DNA from: Clostridiales bacterium
GTDB lineage: Bacteria > Bacillota > Clostridia > Christensenellales > UBA1242
NCBI GenBank assembly: GCA_015055745.1
Contig: SVHS01000001.1
Location: 139,085-203,084 of the forward strand
Direction of reading: 5' to 3'
DNA: 64,000 bases
Part shown: positions 17,801 to 26,611 of the stretch, piece by piece
How positions within the stretch are numbered: the first letter of the stretch is position 1
Layout: every line of letters starts with the position of its first letter
Translations under genes and position numbers: made by a program
Notes under the pieces: generated by a model
Database searches by the model: none
What the model was told of the DNA's origin: nothing
The model's input: the letters and a program-made list of their open reading frames with translations, nothing else

Positions 17801-20574
17801 ATATTGGTCAGTATTATTCTATACAGTACAATGCGGCAGTGGGATTTGAATTGCAAGACGATGCATTTAAATTTAATGATATTGTATTGCAAAAATATAG
17901 CGATAAACCTATACAAAATTACACTTGGGGACGCACTTCAAATCAATTTAATGGTACATGGCTAAGAGAAAATTTCTACAGTCAGTGTGGAAATAATTAT
18001 TCACTTGATAATATTGACTTGGGAACACTCATGATAAACACTCAAGACTATGTCTTTAAGTATGGAGTGAAAGTATATGACTCTACTGTGAGTGCAAACA
18101 ATGGTTTTATCGATGAATATGTCTATATGACCGAAGATGAAAAGATAGCATATATTGATAATTTGAAAAAAGAAAATACTAGTATCACTGATGAAGAGAT
18201 AAAGGAAGTAGAAGACTCTATCATTACTTATGTGTTTGAATTATCTGAAGATGACACTACTCATCTTCCTACCAATAAGGGCTCTCTTCGTGCGGTAATC
18301 AATGAATTGGCAGGAGTATCTACAGATTATAATTTTTATACATATATATCAAAAAATGATGTACTAAATGATGCTGGTGATATAATCAGAGCAAAAGATA
18401 CTCGATATGCGATATTAAATAGTAGATTGTATTTCTTGTATGATCCGCTCACTAAAAAAGATAATTTCTATACGACCTATGATTTTATATTGACAGATAC
18501 TACTAAGATATCTCGAGAGATAGAGGTGAATACTGGTAAATTATCTTACATGGTTGATTATACTAGTGGTGAGATAGTGCCAGAAGAAAATAGAATAATC
18601 TATACTCTTCTAGAAGTGAGATTATTATATACAGTCGATGTGAGTGCAGAATATGTCGGTGTAAATATAGACGATGATGGAAAGTATATAGATGACCCTA
18701 CAGGTGACAAGAAGATTACATTAAATGGTGCCAATAACAATGCTCTTACAATGATATATAATACTACGTATGAGAGCTATAGTGAATGGACTGGTAAGTA
18801 TTATACTTACATGGGACTAAACAACACTTTGACTTGTACTCATGATGCTCTCAGGTACAACACTTCTCAAGTGTTATACTCAGTAATCCCTTCTACAGCT
18901 GACGGAGTAGAAGATACGCTAAATGCGTTGGAAGTTATAGACACTACTTTCACTATCAACGAAGACACTACTTTATATAGTCTAGTAGTCACATACAATC
19001 CTCAGCCATTGAAAGCTACAGTGGTGTATCAGATAAATGGTGAAGCTGCTACTGCGTCTGAAATAAATAACTATTTGAGTGATTTTGCATTTGGTATACA
19101 AGGAGTGACTAGGCGTATCACTGATACTTGTTATATAGGTGATGTGTTGGCTTTGTCATATACTGACATAGCAGATGATCAGTATGATATCATGGTCAAT
19201 ATTAATGGGGTAGCACAGGCATCGACTTCTGTACAAGGATCAAAATATTTATATAATTATGAGATATTTACACAAGATTATGACAATGCAGGTATTGAGA
19301 TAGTAGTGAATGCTCAGCAAATGAATGGTGATGAGTTTATTATTGCAGGATTTATGCTGGCTGATTCTAGTCAAAAGACTGGTAATGAAGATTTTACTAC
19401 AGACTTCTCATATAAGATAAAAGTAAACGACAACGAGCAACCAAATGGATCTAGGATTTTAGACGGTGCCAAAGTGACAGTCTCAGATGTCACAGTAGCT
19501 ACAGGATATACACATGTCGGCTATAAAAAATATGGTGCTACCACCTATACACAAGGAGACTTGGAGATTAATGCCTTTGACTCCGCTAATCATGGCGGAA
19601 GATATTGGTTGGTGGTCACTAAAAATATAGATATTAATGCTTCACTTTATACTTCTAATACTAGTGGTAAGTACAATCTAAATGTAGGATTGAATACTGG
19701 TACAGAATTATCTGGATTGTATATAGGTCAGACTATTACATTGACTGCAGACAATGACCCTACAGACAATGAGAGATTGGATCACTTTTATCTAACTAGT
19801 GATGTTGATAAAAATCCTATCACTCAGGTCATTATCACTAGTGAATTGTTAGAAAATATTGGATATAACGAAACCCCTGTCAATAAGACTATTGATTTCG
19901 GTGTATATGTAAAGAAGATTTATAAGCTTGATTATACTATAGATGGCACTCAATACGCTGATGTCTCAATCAAGGTAGGCAAAGATAATTATACTTCAGG
20001 TACATATGTAGATAATGCCACAGAGATATCTATCAATGTGACACCAGAGAGTGTAGGTAATTATAATGTTTACTTAAATGGCGCATTGCAAGATGCAGGT
20101 AAGATAGACACCACTCTAAGTATCACAAAAGATACAGAATATGTCATCAAGATCACACCAAAATCATATGCTGTGATAGTAAATGAGGGTAGATATCAAA
20201 CATTGACACAGCTCGAGGCTAATGCTCCTCAAGAGGTTGAATCTGGCAAGATAAATAACGCAAGACTAAACAATAGTACAAACTTATCTCAGTCATATGG
20301 CTCTAAAGCTACACTTACAGCGATGAGAAAGAGATCAAAGACAGCAGAGCTTGCTACTATCACGATAGTGAGTCAAGGCAAGACTATCGTAATATCATTA
20401 AATGGTGAAGATATCACAGCTATCACTGTAGATGGTGTGGTAGTGGCTGACTTGAGTGCTACAGGATTTGGTTTGGCTATCAGTACAAATCATATATCCA
20501 TTACTTACACTACACAGGCAGATATGACTATTACATTGGACTATAAAGCATACAAAACAATCAATACAAAATAA
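14881..20574 (+). CDS. giant secreted/surface protein (about 1897 aa), beta-rich, T/Y/N/D-rich, no family assigned
   Basis: ORF track 14863..20574. ATG 14881 gives MNKINKKFGLSIILISCFVFCMSALCG, a signal/anchor. Scattered Listeria-Bacteroides-repeat-like motifs (KSFGGWYIDKTKL, TGYTHVGYKKYG). Confidence 0.85.
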   Translation: MNKINKKFGLSIILISCFVFCMSALCGFFVDKQEKHIVQALDITTAETTGDTAAEISWSNISLMSETGTSITILGSDKYFVDYTENMTAISGGTKITFSSTNFDKINFDTRDDTTLDGTAGIITTTMKSGYQHTGYKLGYADTNDDGTKEYTYLYEVELVDGKLGVYKLANNIRGENLNTDEESAFSLTPEDLDPDYTGTLAMCATWAYIEYGLDMYYETSSLDDTLKSTSHTFSIGDYTAITETPDNDKSFGGWYIDKTKLTNSELSFDNEQINIDADEDLEDVTLLNFTQKDTNESIIGEMSFIVQDGATSSDSVYFITHMKGWGTLTQSQTNPVVRAMWSTAYDLQMSRHSDATNRRDKELNGIKASNDTDILVDTATFTIQYTSTGTYDYPFTYNIGKAFYKSSDFGSENNTYNYAKGSNNFYYIYYYGYEIKSWTIWFADNSGKNYYMYLNGDTFDINNTSRSISNDSGLLNFDMGDLAQFVDQYTFINGITTDCIFMIPDWTPVKIKLQLENGNYTNEFKYDNDYVISNTYTPTKTGKTFFSFKTNAGKHIAQSAKWSYTTFAHNEFTNKGIDPNNHNVSTYSLTVERIYLDNIYRINLDMGDGGGINTLVANNYTATGDVGSYSNNYYTCTLSFGAYDYISWYDFDGTGDEYLTEMKEIYDGYTEGIDYDGTNDFGMLNKLFTDVDGKHYIYLVNGERYSNLPVFLKSGSDLIFWINDTANTVSGKQYIYTTSQYNDGDHAQEIDTQRYTKSTTWSLADGGTAGALSWTAYYYKKGYALNISTLFEGSAGRYGYATVTMTNPSDDSVLEKYVVIYDVLNKKMQAYKYSTADLTKTTIKDFDLTNPVNVYIYVDADTTITIYDQSQDSDAMASGKFDSMIGYQYLDISISTNVSDIFDGSGYSYTILGTDLESKKLDSDETVDIELSYEYIDYDMTVQLNNGNAGSFVVQFATGKSGTMTKYTIQDMNIGQYYSIQYNAAVGFELQDDAFKFNDIVLQKYSDKPIQNYTWGRTSNQFNGTWLRENFYSQCGNNYSLDNIDLGTLMINTQDYVFKYGVKVYDSTVSANNGFIDEYVYMTEDEKIAYIDNLKKENTSITDEEIKEVEDSIITYVFELSEDDTTHLPTNKGSLRAVINELAGVSTDYNFYTYISKNDVLNDAGDIIRAKDTRYAILNSRLYFLYDPLTKKDNFYTTYDFILTDTTKISREIEVNTGKLSYMVDYTSGEIVPEENRIIYTLLEVRLLYTVDVSAEYVGVNIDDDGKYIDDPTGDKKITLNGANNNALTMIYNTTYESYSEWTGKYYTYMGLNNTLTCTHDALRYNTSQVLYSVIPSTADGVEDTLNALEVIDTTFTINEDTTLYSLVVTYNPQPLKATVVYQINGEAATASEINNYLSDFAFGIQGVTRRITDTCYIGDVLALSYTDIADDQYDIMVNINGVAQASTSVQGSKYLYNYEIFTQDYDNAGIEIVVNAQQMNGDEFIIAGFMLADSSQKTGNEDFTTDFSYKIKVNDNEQPNGSRILDGAKVTVSDVTVATGYTHVGYKKYGATTYTQGDLEINAFDSANHGGRYWLVVTKNIDINASLYTSNTSGKYNLNVGLNTGTELSGLYIGQTITLTADNDPTDNERLDHFYLTSDVDKNPITQVIITSELLENIGYNETPVNKTIDFGVYVKKIYKLDYTIDGTQYADVSIKVGKDNYTSGTYVDNATEISINVTPESVGNYNVYLNGALQDAGKIDTTLSITKDTEYVIKITPKSYAVIVNEGRYQTLTQLEANAPQEVESGKINNARLNNSTNLSQSYGSKATLTAMRKRSKTAELATITIVSQGKTIVISLNGEDITAITVDGVVVADLSATGFGLAISTNHISITYTTQADMTITLDYKAYKTINTK

Positions 20575-20575
20575 T

Positions 20576-20605
20576 AAAAAGACTAGCAATCGCTAGTCTT
20601 TTTTA
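20576..20605 (+). terminator. rho-independent terminator of the giant gene
   Basis: AGACTAGC-AATC-GCTAGTCT stem plus T-run. Confidence 0.75.
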
Positions 20606-20691
20606 ATTTCTAATATAAAATTGTAAAAAATCTCTTGCGTAAAATAAATTTTTGTGTTATATTATAAAAGTCAATTAGTATTGACATCATT

Positions 20692-20779
20692 GCCGGTGTG
20701 GCGAAATGGCAGACGCACAGGACTTAAAATCCTGGGGGCTTAACCGCCCGTGTCGGTTCGACCCCGACCACCGGCACCA
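20692..20779 (+). tRNA. tRNA-Leu (UAA), long variable arm
   Basis: Acceptor GCCGGTG/CACCGGC, anticodon loop CTTAAAA, T loop TTCGACC, encoded CCA. Confidence 0.9.
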
Positions 20780-20784
20780 CTACC

Positions 20785-20815
20785 AAACTAAATCGAACCC
20801 GATTTAGTTTTTTTA
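20785..20815 (+). terminator. rho-independent terminator after tRNA-Leu
   Basis: AACTAAATCG-AACC-CGATTTAGTT 10-bp stem plus T-run. Confidence 0.75.
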
Positions 20816-20887
20816 TATTGATTTTAAAATAAGTATTGTAAATTTTTATAAATTTTGTTATAATTCTTATATTTTAAGGAGAATATT

Positions 20888-21409
20888 GTGAAAACAATTT
20901 TTACATTAGAAGACATACAAGATTTATTAATGCGAAAGTATGCTTTAGATTGGCAATATGATGTTTGGGATAGACAAACTGGAGAAAAAAGAAGTGCAGC
21001 ACTTGAAGACTTTGATTATTCAGGAAGATATAACACAACAGAACTTGCATTTTATGATAAATATGGAATTGACAGAAATTTAGAAGTTTATGTGTCCGAC
21101 TTTGAGTTCATTACTTACAGAGATGAAAGTAATGTTATGGGTAGTGGTTCTACTACTTATGTTGACAAAGACTTTACAAAAGAATGGATAAATTTGTTGT
21201 TATATGCTCACGGAGAAAAATATGCAAAACGTCTTTTAGAATATGCAGAAAATAACCAACAAAGAATTAAAGAAGAAGCTGGACAAAAGGTTGAGAAATA
21301 TAGATTAAAAGTTCAAGCTCAAGCGAAAGGTCCTTACACATATTATAGAGATTTGGAACAGAAAGCTAAAAGTGTCTTATTTTTTGATAATATAACAGAA
21401 ATCAAATAA
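20888..21409 (+). CDS. hypothetical cytoplasmic protein
   Basis: 173-aa ORF with GTG start after AAGGAGA. No motif recognised. Confidence 0.5.
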   Translation: MKTIFTLEDIQDLLMRKYALDWQYDVWDRQTGEKRSAALEDFDYSGRYNTTELAFYDKYGIDRNLEVYVSDFEFITYRDESNVMGSGSTTYVDKDFTKEWINLLLYAHGEKYAKRLLEYAENNQQRIKEEAGQKVEKYRLKVQAQAKGPYTYYRDLEQKAKSVLFFDNITEIK

Positions 21410-21524
21410 AAAACACCCGAACTCTAACTTTTGTTTGAGTGTTTTTCATTTTATAAAGTTTTTCTTCCGTCTTACTTACAAATTGGGTCAAAATTTGAAT
21501 CGTTTTAGCTGATTGTTTTTTTAT

Positions 21525-21553
21525 TTGCAGTTTTTGTGTATTTGTGGTATAAT
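21525..21553 (+). promoter_or_regulatory. extended -10 promoter abutting the polA start codon
   Basis: TTGCAG (21525-30), 17 nt, TGgTATAAT (-10 at 21548-53), AACCTC, then ATG 21560. Confidence 0.5.
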
Positions 21554-21559
21554 AACCTC

Positions 21560-24088
21560 ATGGAAAAATTTGTAATCATAGACGGAAATAGTTTGATAAA
21601 TAGAGCGTATTATGGATTACCGATGCTAAAGAGCTTGTCAGGTAAGCCGTGCAATGCTACTTATGGCTTCACAAATATGATGCTTAGCATGATACTGAGT
21701 GAGAAGCCAAAATATTTAGTGTGTGTGTTTGATGCGGGTAAGCATACTTTTAGGCATGATATGTATGCAGAATATAAGGGCACTAGAGATAAGATGCCGG
21801 AGGATTTGGCATCGCAGCTTTTTGACCTAAAAGAGCTACTCAAAGCTATGGGTATCCAGACTATGGAGCTAAAAGAAATTGAAGCGGACGACATTGTGGG
21901 TAGCCTTACTAGGAAATTTAACGCAGAGTTTATTCTCATATCTGGCGATAAAGATCTTTTACAGCTAGTCAACGACCACACCACAGTATGGCTCACTAGG
22001 AAAGGTATCTCAGATGTGTTGAAAGTAGATGAAGCAGTGCTCATGAGTGAATTTGGCTTGAAGCCTTATCAAGTGATAGAGTTAAAGTCTATCATGGGTG
22101 ATAGCTCTGACAATATTCCTGGAGTCATGGGAATAGGTAAGATAGGTGCTAATGCACTCATAGAGCAGTATGGTAGTCTAGATAATATTTACGCCAACAT
22201 TGATACTGTGCCAAATAAGTATAAAAACAAATTGATAGAGCATAAAGATATGGCTTATTTATCTCATAAGCTTGCTACTATCAAGTTAGACGTGGATTTG
22301 CCATTTGAGCTAAAAGATTGTGAGTATAGTCTGCCGTTCAATCGTGAAACTTATGCTATAATGCAAGACTTGGGATTCAAGTCGATGCTAAACCGTAAAG
22401 ATTTGTTTAGAAAGGGTATGGATACCTTAGATAAAATAGAGACAGAAAATCTCATTACTGATATTATAGAGATTGACAATATCGAGACCTTGGACAATAT
22501 GTTGTCTGAGATGAAAGATTCTTTTGCGGTCTATGCTGATCAGATGTCTCTTCACCTTGCTAAAAATGATAAAGAGTATATCTTATACACTAGTGGCGAA
22601 ATATTTAATAAAAATATCGATAAAATCATTGATCTTTTTGCAGGAGAAGCTCAAAAGATTTGTTTTGATTGCAAGACTCTAATGCATGATTTAGGAAATT
22701 TTGGTATAAAGATAAATAATTATTTTGATGTATCGCTTGCTATTTATATTGCTAATGAATTAGACGCAGAGATTACTCTAGATGATGCACTAAAGCTCAA
22801 TGAAATCACGACTACAGCACGAGCTAATCCTCTCTTTAGACTAAAAGAAATATATGTCAACAAGCTTATCAAGAGTTTACAATTAAAGCTCTATAGTGAG
22901 ATAGAATTACCTTTAGTAGAAGTTTTGTACGATATGGAAAAGTTTGGTATCAAGATAGACGCAGAGCAGATCAAGACTTTGAGCAAAAGTTATCATGAAG
23001 AGCTCGATGCTATAGTGGACAAAATTTACACTCTTGCTGGTGAAGAATTTAATATCAATAGTCCAAAACAATTACAAAGTATCTTATTTGACAAATTAAA
23101 AATCGAGTACAAAGGTAAAGCGGGCACATCTATAGAAGTATTGAATGCTATAGCTGACAAACATGAAATAGTAAATTATATCATCAGATATAGAAAAATC
23201 GCCAAGCTCATCAGTACTTATCTAGACGGAATGTTGGCTTATGTGTCAGATGATGGCAAGATTCACACGACATTCATGCAGAGGACCACATCTACAGGTA
23301 GACTTTCTAGTCGTGAGCCAAATCTTCAAAATCTACCTATCCGAGATGATGAGGGAAGAGTATTGAGAAAGATGTTTTCTAGCTCTTTTGAAAATGGCAC
23401 AATTATCAGTGCTGACTACAATCAGATAGAGCTTCGCTTAATGGCAAACTTTAGCCAAGATGAAAATATGATAAACGATTATCTCTCAGGTAAAGATATC
23501 CACACTGCTACAGCAAGCAAGATATTTAATTTGCCGATAGATTTTGTAGATAGTAGTATGCGTAGGGTTGCCAAGTCAGTAAACTTCGGTATTATTTATG
23601 GTATTGGAGCGTATGGATTGAGCCAAAATATAAATAGTACAGTGAAAGAAGCTGACGAATTTATTAAAAAATATTTATCCATTTATCCTAGGGTAAAAGA
23701 ATATGGAGATGAGCTCATCGCTAGCGCTAGAGAAAAAGGCTACGCAGTCACGATGATGGGCAGGATCCGTCATCTAAACGATATCAATTCTGGCAATCAT
23801 ACAGTACGCAGCTTTGCCGAGCGTGTAGCTAAAAATATGCCTTTGCAAGGTAGTGCTAGTGACATCATTAAGATAGCTATGAAAAAAGTGTATCAACGTA
23901 TGAAAGAGAATAACCTAAAGAGTAAATTGGTAATACAAATCCACGACGAATTGGTAGTAGATTGTTATCCAGGAGAAAGTGATATAGTAAAACGAATATT
24001 AAAAGAAGAAATGGAGTCAGTGGTTGATTTAAAAGTTCCACTTTTGGTAGAAGTATCAGAAGGTAAGACTTTGTATGAAGCAAAATAA
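21560..24088 (+). CDS. polA: DNA polymerase I
   Basis: ORF track 21536..24088. MEKFVIIDGNSLINRAYYGL is the usual Pol I N-terminus. Also has a 5'-nuclease domain and the DYNQIELRLMA, KSVNFGIIYG, QIHDELVV polymerase motifs. Confidence 0.9.
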   Translation: MEKFVIIDGNSLINRAYYGLPMLKSLSGKPCNATYGFTNMMLSMILSEKPKYLVCVFDAGKHTFRHDMYAEYKGTRDKMPEDLASQLFDLKELLKAMGIQTMELKEIEADDIVGSLTRKFNAEFILISGDKDLLQLVNDHTTVWLTRKGISDVLKVDEAVLMSEFGLKPYQVIELKSIMGDSSDNIPGVMGIGKIGANALIEQYGSLDNIYANIDTVPNKYKNKLIEHKDMAYLSHKLATIKLDVDLPFELKDCEYSLPFNRETYAIMQDLGFKSMLNRKDLFRKGMDTLDKIETENLITDIIEIDNIETLDNMLSEMKDSFAVYADQMSLHLAKNDKEYILYTSGEIFNKNIDKIIDLFAGEAQKICFDCKTLMHDLGNFGIKINNYFDVSLAIYIANELDAEITLDDALKLNEITTTARANPLFRLKEIYVNKLIKSLQLKLYSEIELPLVEVLYDMEKFGIKIDAEQIKTLSKSYHEELDAIVDKIYTLAGEEFNINSPKQLQSILFDKLKIEYKGKAGTSIEVLNAIADKHEIVNYIIRYRKIAKLISTYLDGMLAYVSDDGKIHTTFMQRTTSTGRLSSREPNLQNLPIRDDEGRVLRKMFSSSFENGTIISADYNQIELRLMANFSQDENMINDYLSGKDIHTATASKIFNLPIDFVDSSMRRVAKSVNFGIIYGIGAYGLSQNINSTVKEADEFIKKYLSIYPRVKEYGDELIASAREKGYAVTMMGRIRHLNDINSGNHTVRSFAERVAKNMPLQGSASDIIKIAMKKVYQRMKENNLKSKLVIQIHDELVVDCYPGESDIVKRILKEEMESVVDLKVPLLVEVSEGKTLYEAK

Positions 24089-24264
24089 ATATAATATAAA
24101 AAATAAAATAAATTTAATTTTTTAAAATTTTTATAATTTATTAAAAAAATAAGTGAAATTAAATACAAATAATAAATAAAATACTAAAAAATAAATAAAA
24201 AATTTCAAACTAATATTAATAAAAAGGTTTGAGATTTTTTAATTTTTGTTATATTATTATATAA

Positions 24265-25587
24265 ATGACTAACGAAGAAAGAAAGATTCACTATATGAAT
24301 CGTAATATTAAATTAGCTCCGTTTTATCTCGCACTCACGTGGGATGTGATTTTTGTGTGGACTATTTCTACAATGTTTTTCTCCACTCAAAAAGGACTAT
24401 CATATACTCAGATTGTGTCTCTTGATTCAATATTGATGTTTGCAGGTGCTTTGATGTGTATACCAGTGCAGAGGCTGATGCAAAATGTCAAGAAAGTCCT
24501 CGCTACGCGGATAGGTGTGATGTGCTATGGTATATATTTATTGCTTTGTATCTTTGGTACTCACTATATCTCATTTATGGTGGCTCAGATATTTTTGGCA
24601 TTGGGTTATGTGATCAATGGTGTAAAAGCAAATTTGTTTTTGACAGAGTCGTTGTCTGTGCTCAAGAAAGATAAAGACTATGAGCGAGTATATGGCAAAG
24701 GTATGAGTCTTGTGTATATAGTAGAATGCATAGGTGCTATAGCTATTACTTATATTTATAATTGGAACGCCTATGCTGCATATTGGATATCTTTTGGAGC
24801 AGTAGTTTTGGCAGAAATATTGATGTTGTTTTTAAAAGAACCGTCTAAATATCAAGATAGAAATGTTGAGATAGCTTCCACAGCGCAAGACGCTACACAA
24901 AAGCCTCATAAATCTAAAAAGCCTGATTCATATTTTAAGATAGCTTTCTCTGGATTTTTTATAGTTTTATTGATATATATGTTCTTCATTAGAGGAGCGT
25001 TATCTATAGCTAGCTCAAACTATAAGATATATCTACAGCAAATGACAGATCTAGGAGTGTTGCCTGTATGGATATTTGGTTATCTTTATGCTCTGAGCAG
25101 GATATCTATAGCTATTTCTAGTAAATATCAATTTAAGTTTAATCTAAAATTTGGTGTTAGAAGTCTTTTGATTATCAATTCTTTGATACTGATTACTTTC
25201 TTAATATGCGGTATCACATATATTGTCAATCCGACAGCGATTTGGTCTATAGTCATCATTGTCATACTCAGCTGTGTCCAAGGCTCGCTACGTATACCGA
25301 CACAAATATTTGTAAATAATTATATGCAAGTCTGTATGCCTCATAGAAATCTAGAACGTGCATATGCTATACGTACGACTGTGGAATATATGGGATATGC
25401 ATTGTTTAGTGGATTATATGCATTATTATTAGGAGTATTACATGATAGCTATGGTGTAACGAATCTTGTATATATATCTATATTAGCTATTCCTATCATT
25501 GTGATGTCTGTGATCTTTATACGGGCATTGGTCAAAAAACACGCACAAAAATTTACAATTATCAAAGAGGAATATACAGAGGATTAG
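24265..25587 (+). CDS. MFS-type transporter (12 TM)
   Basis: 440-aa polytopic ORF with two 6-TM halves separated by a charged loop. Confidence 0.55.
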   Translation: MTNEERKIHYMNRNIKLAPFYLALTWDVIFVWTISTMFFSTQKGLSYTQIVSLDSILMFAGALMCIPVQRLMQNVKKVLATRIGVMCYGIYLLLCIFGTHYISFMVAQIFLALGYVINGVKANLFLTESLSVLKKDKDYERVYGKGMSLVYIVECIGAIAITYIYNWNAYAAYWISFGAVVLAEILMLFLKEPSKYQDRNVEIASTAQDATQKPHKSKKPDSYFKIAFSGFFIVLLIYMFFIRGALSIASSNYKIYLQQMTDLGVLPVWIFGYLYALSRISIAISSKYQFKFNLKFGVRSLLIINSLILITFLICGITYIVNPTAIWSIVIIVILSCVQGSLRIPTQIFVNNYMQVCMPHRNLERAYAIRTTVEYMGYALFSGLYALLLGVLHDSYGVTNLVYISILAIPIIVMSVIFIRALVKKHAQKFTIIKEEYTED

Positions 25588-25647
25588 AGGCTCTGCTGTT
25601 GACAATTTAAAATAAATGTGTAAAATATATTAGAGTACGGGGGAGAT

Positions 25648-26133
25648 ATGAGTGAAATAAGAAACAAGCTTAATAAGAAGTATGACGGTGTAGCAGAAGT
25701 AAGTGATGGAATGTTTCGAGTATTTGATAAGCAACAATGGGGATTTACTAATGACAAAGGTGAAGAAATAGTTAAACCTCAATATAGTGATAGTAGAGCA
25801 TTTCACGAGGGTTTTGCAGGTGTAATGAAAGACGGCAAATGGGCTTTTATAGATAAAAGTGGTAAAGTGATTTGTGATTTTATATACGACAAAGTTAGAG
25901 ATTTTAGTGGTGGTCTAGCAGAGGTGAGCAAATGGACTGATGGTAAAGCTCTTTGGGGATATATAGATACCACTGGTAAAGAAGTGATCGAGTGTAAATA
26001 CGATTCTACTAGTCCATTTGGTAATTCTGATATTACTGTCGTGGGCATAAACAATGGTTTGATTAGAATAGATAGAAAAGGAAATGAGGCTAATCTAAGC
26101 GGATTTTATGGAATGTTTGGTACAGATTTATAA
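25648..26133 (+). CDS. WG-repeat (KWG) protein
   Basis: Repeated WGFxxxxGxxxxxPxYD-type units (QWGFTNDKGEEIVKPQY, GKWAFIDKSGKVICDFIYD, LWGYIDTTGKEVIECKYD). Confidence 0.7.
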   Translation: MSEIRNKLNKKYDGVAEVSDGMFRVFDKQQWGFTNDKGEEIVKPQYSDSRAFHEGFAGVMKDGKWAFIDKSGKVICDFIYDKVRDFSGGLAEVSKWTDGKALWGYIDTTGKEVIECKYDSTSPFGNSDITVVGINNGLIRIDRKGNEANLSGFYGMFGTDL

Positions 26134-26134
26134 A

Positions 26135-26166
26135 TAAAAAAAACATGATAAAATCATGTTTTTTTC
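26135..26166. terminator. bidirectional terminator shared by the WG-repeat gene (+) and SRP RNA (-)
   Basis: A-run, AACATGAT-AAA-ATCATGTT, T-run. Confidence 0.75.
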
Positions 26167-26171
26167 ATGTA

Positions 26172-26449
26172 AGTGGTAAGTTGCACTGGTCAAATTCGAA
26201 ACAAATTGACTGCTGGCATAATCACGATGTACTCCACCAAAGCAACCCTATAGCACATACTGTATCCTTCTTAATGCTGCTACCTTCCGGTCCTGACATG
26301 GTTCGTAGGGCAATATTGTATAAGACCTTGATTTCAACGTGCATTGAGACTACTCAACACAACCAAATTTGCCCCTCAGTTTGCCGTTCGGCCTCACTGT
26401 AGTGGATTGTGAGTACAGGGCACCACTAGCTCCCCGCCTAGCACAACTC
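26172..26449 (-). ncRNA. ffs: signal recognition particle RNA, long Bacillus type (scRNA with Alu domain)
   Basis: The reverse complement contains GCTAGGCGGGGAGCTAGTGGTGCCCTGTAC at the 5' end and CATGTCAGGACCGGAAGGTAGCAGCATTAAG (conserved domain IV), both matching B. subtilis scRNA as I recall it. 5' GAGTTG pairs with 3' CAACTT. Promoter and terminator are correctly placed. Confidence 0.85.
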
Positions 26450-26455
26450 AATAAT

Positions 26456-26484
26456 ATTATATAGTAAAAGTATAAAAAATACAA
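26456..26484 (-). promoter_or_regulatory. sigma-A-type promoter of SRP RNA
   Basis: On the minus strand: TTGTAT (26484-79), 17 nt, TATAAT (26461-56), then 6 nt (ATTATT) before G at 26449. Confidence 0.6.
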
Positions 26485-26500
26485 GTCTTTTTAAAAAAAA

Positions 26501-26539
26501 TTGATAAGAAATATCAAAAACTTTGATAAGAAATATCAA
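26501..26539. promoter_or_regulatory. two tandem copies of palindrome TTGATA-N5-TATCAA (period 22 bp), candidate operator
   Basis: TTGATAAGAAATATCAA at 26501-26517 and 26523-26539. A degenerate third copy (TTTTGATGATAAAT) follows. Confidence 0.45.
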
Positions 26540-26611
26540 AAATTTTGATGATAAATAAAAAAAGAATTTGAAAATTTGCTTTCATATGATATAATATAAG
26601 CGGAGAAATTT

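Noticed and set aside
20780-21535. tRNA-Leu-adjacent orphan gene (20888..21409) as a possible genomic islet
   Set aside because: I could not find a copy of the tRNA-Leu 3' end or any direct repeat downstream of the gene, and there is no integrase or recombinase. Being an orphan next to a tRNA is insufficient on its own.
26145-26402. 85-aa ORF on the plus strand offered by the ORF track
   Set aside because: It lies antisense to a well-supported SRP RNA (conserved domain IV and 5' Alu-domain sequences, own promoter and terminator). It has no SD, and its start sits inside a terminator hairpin.
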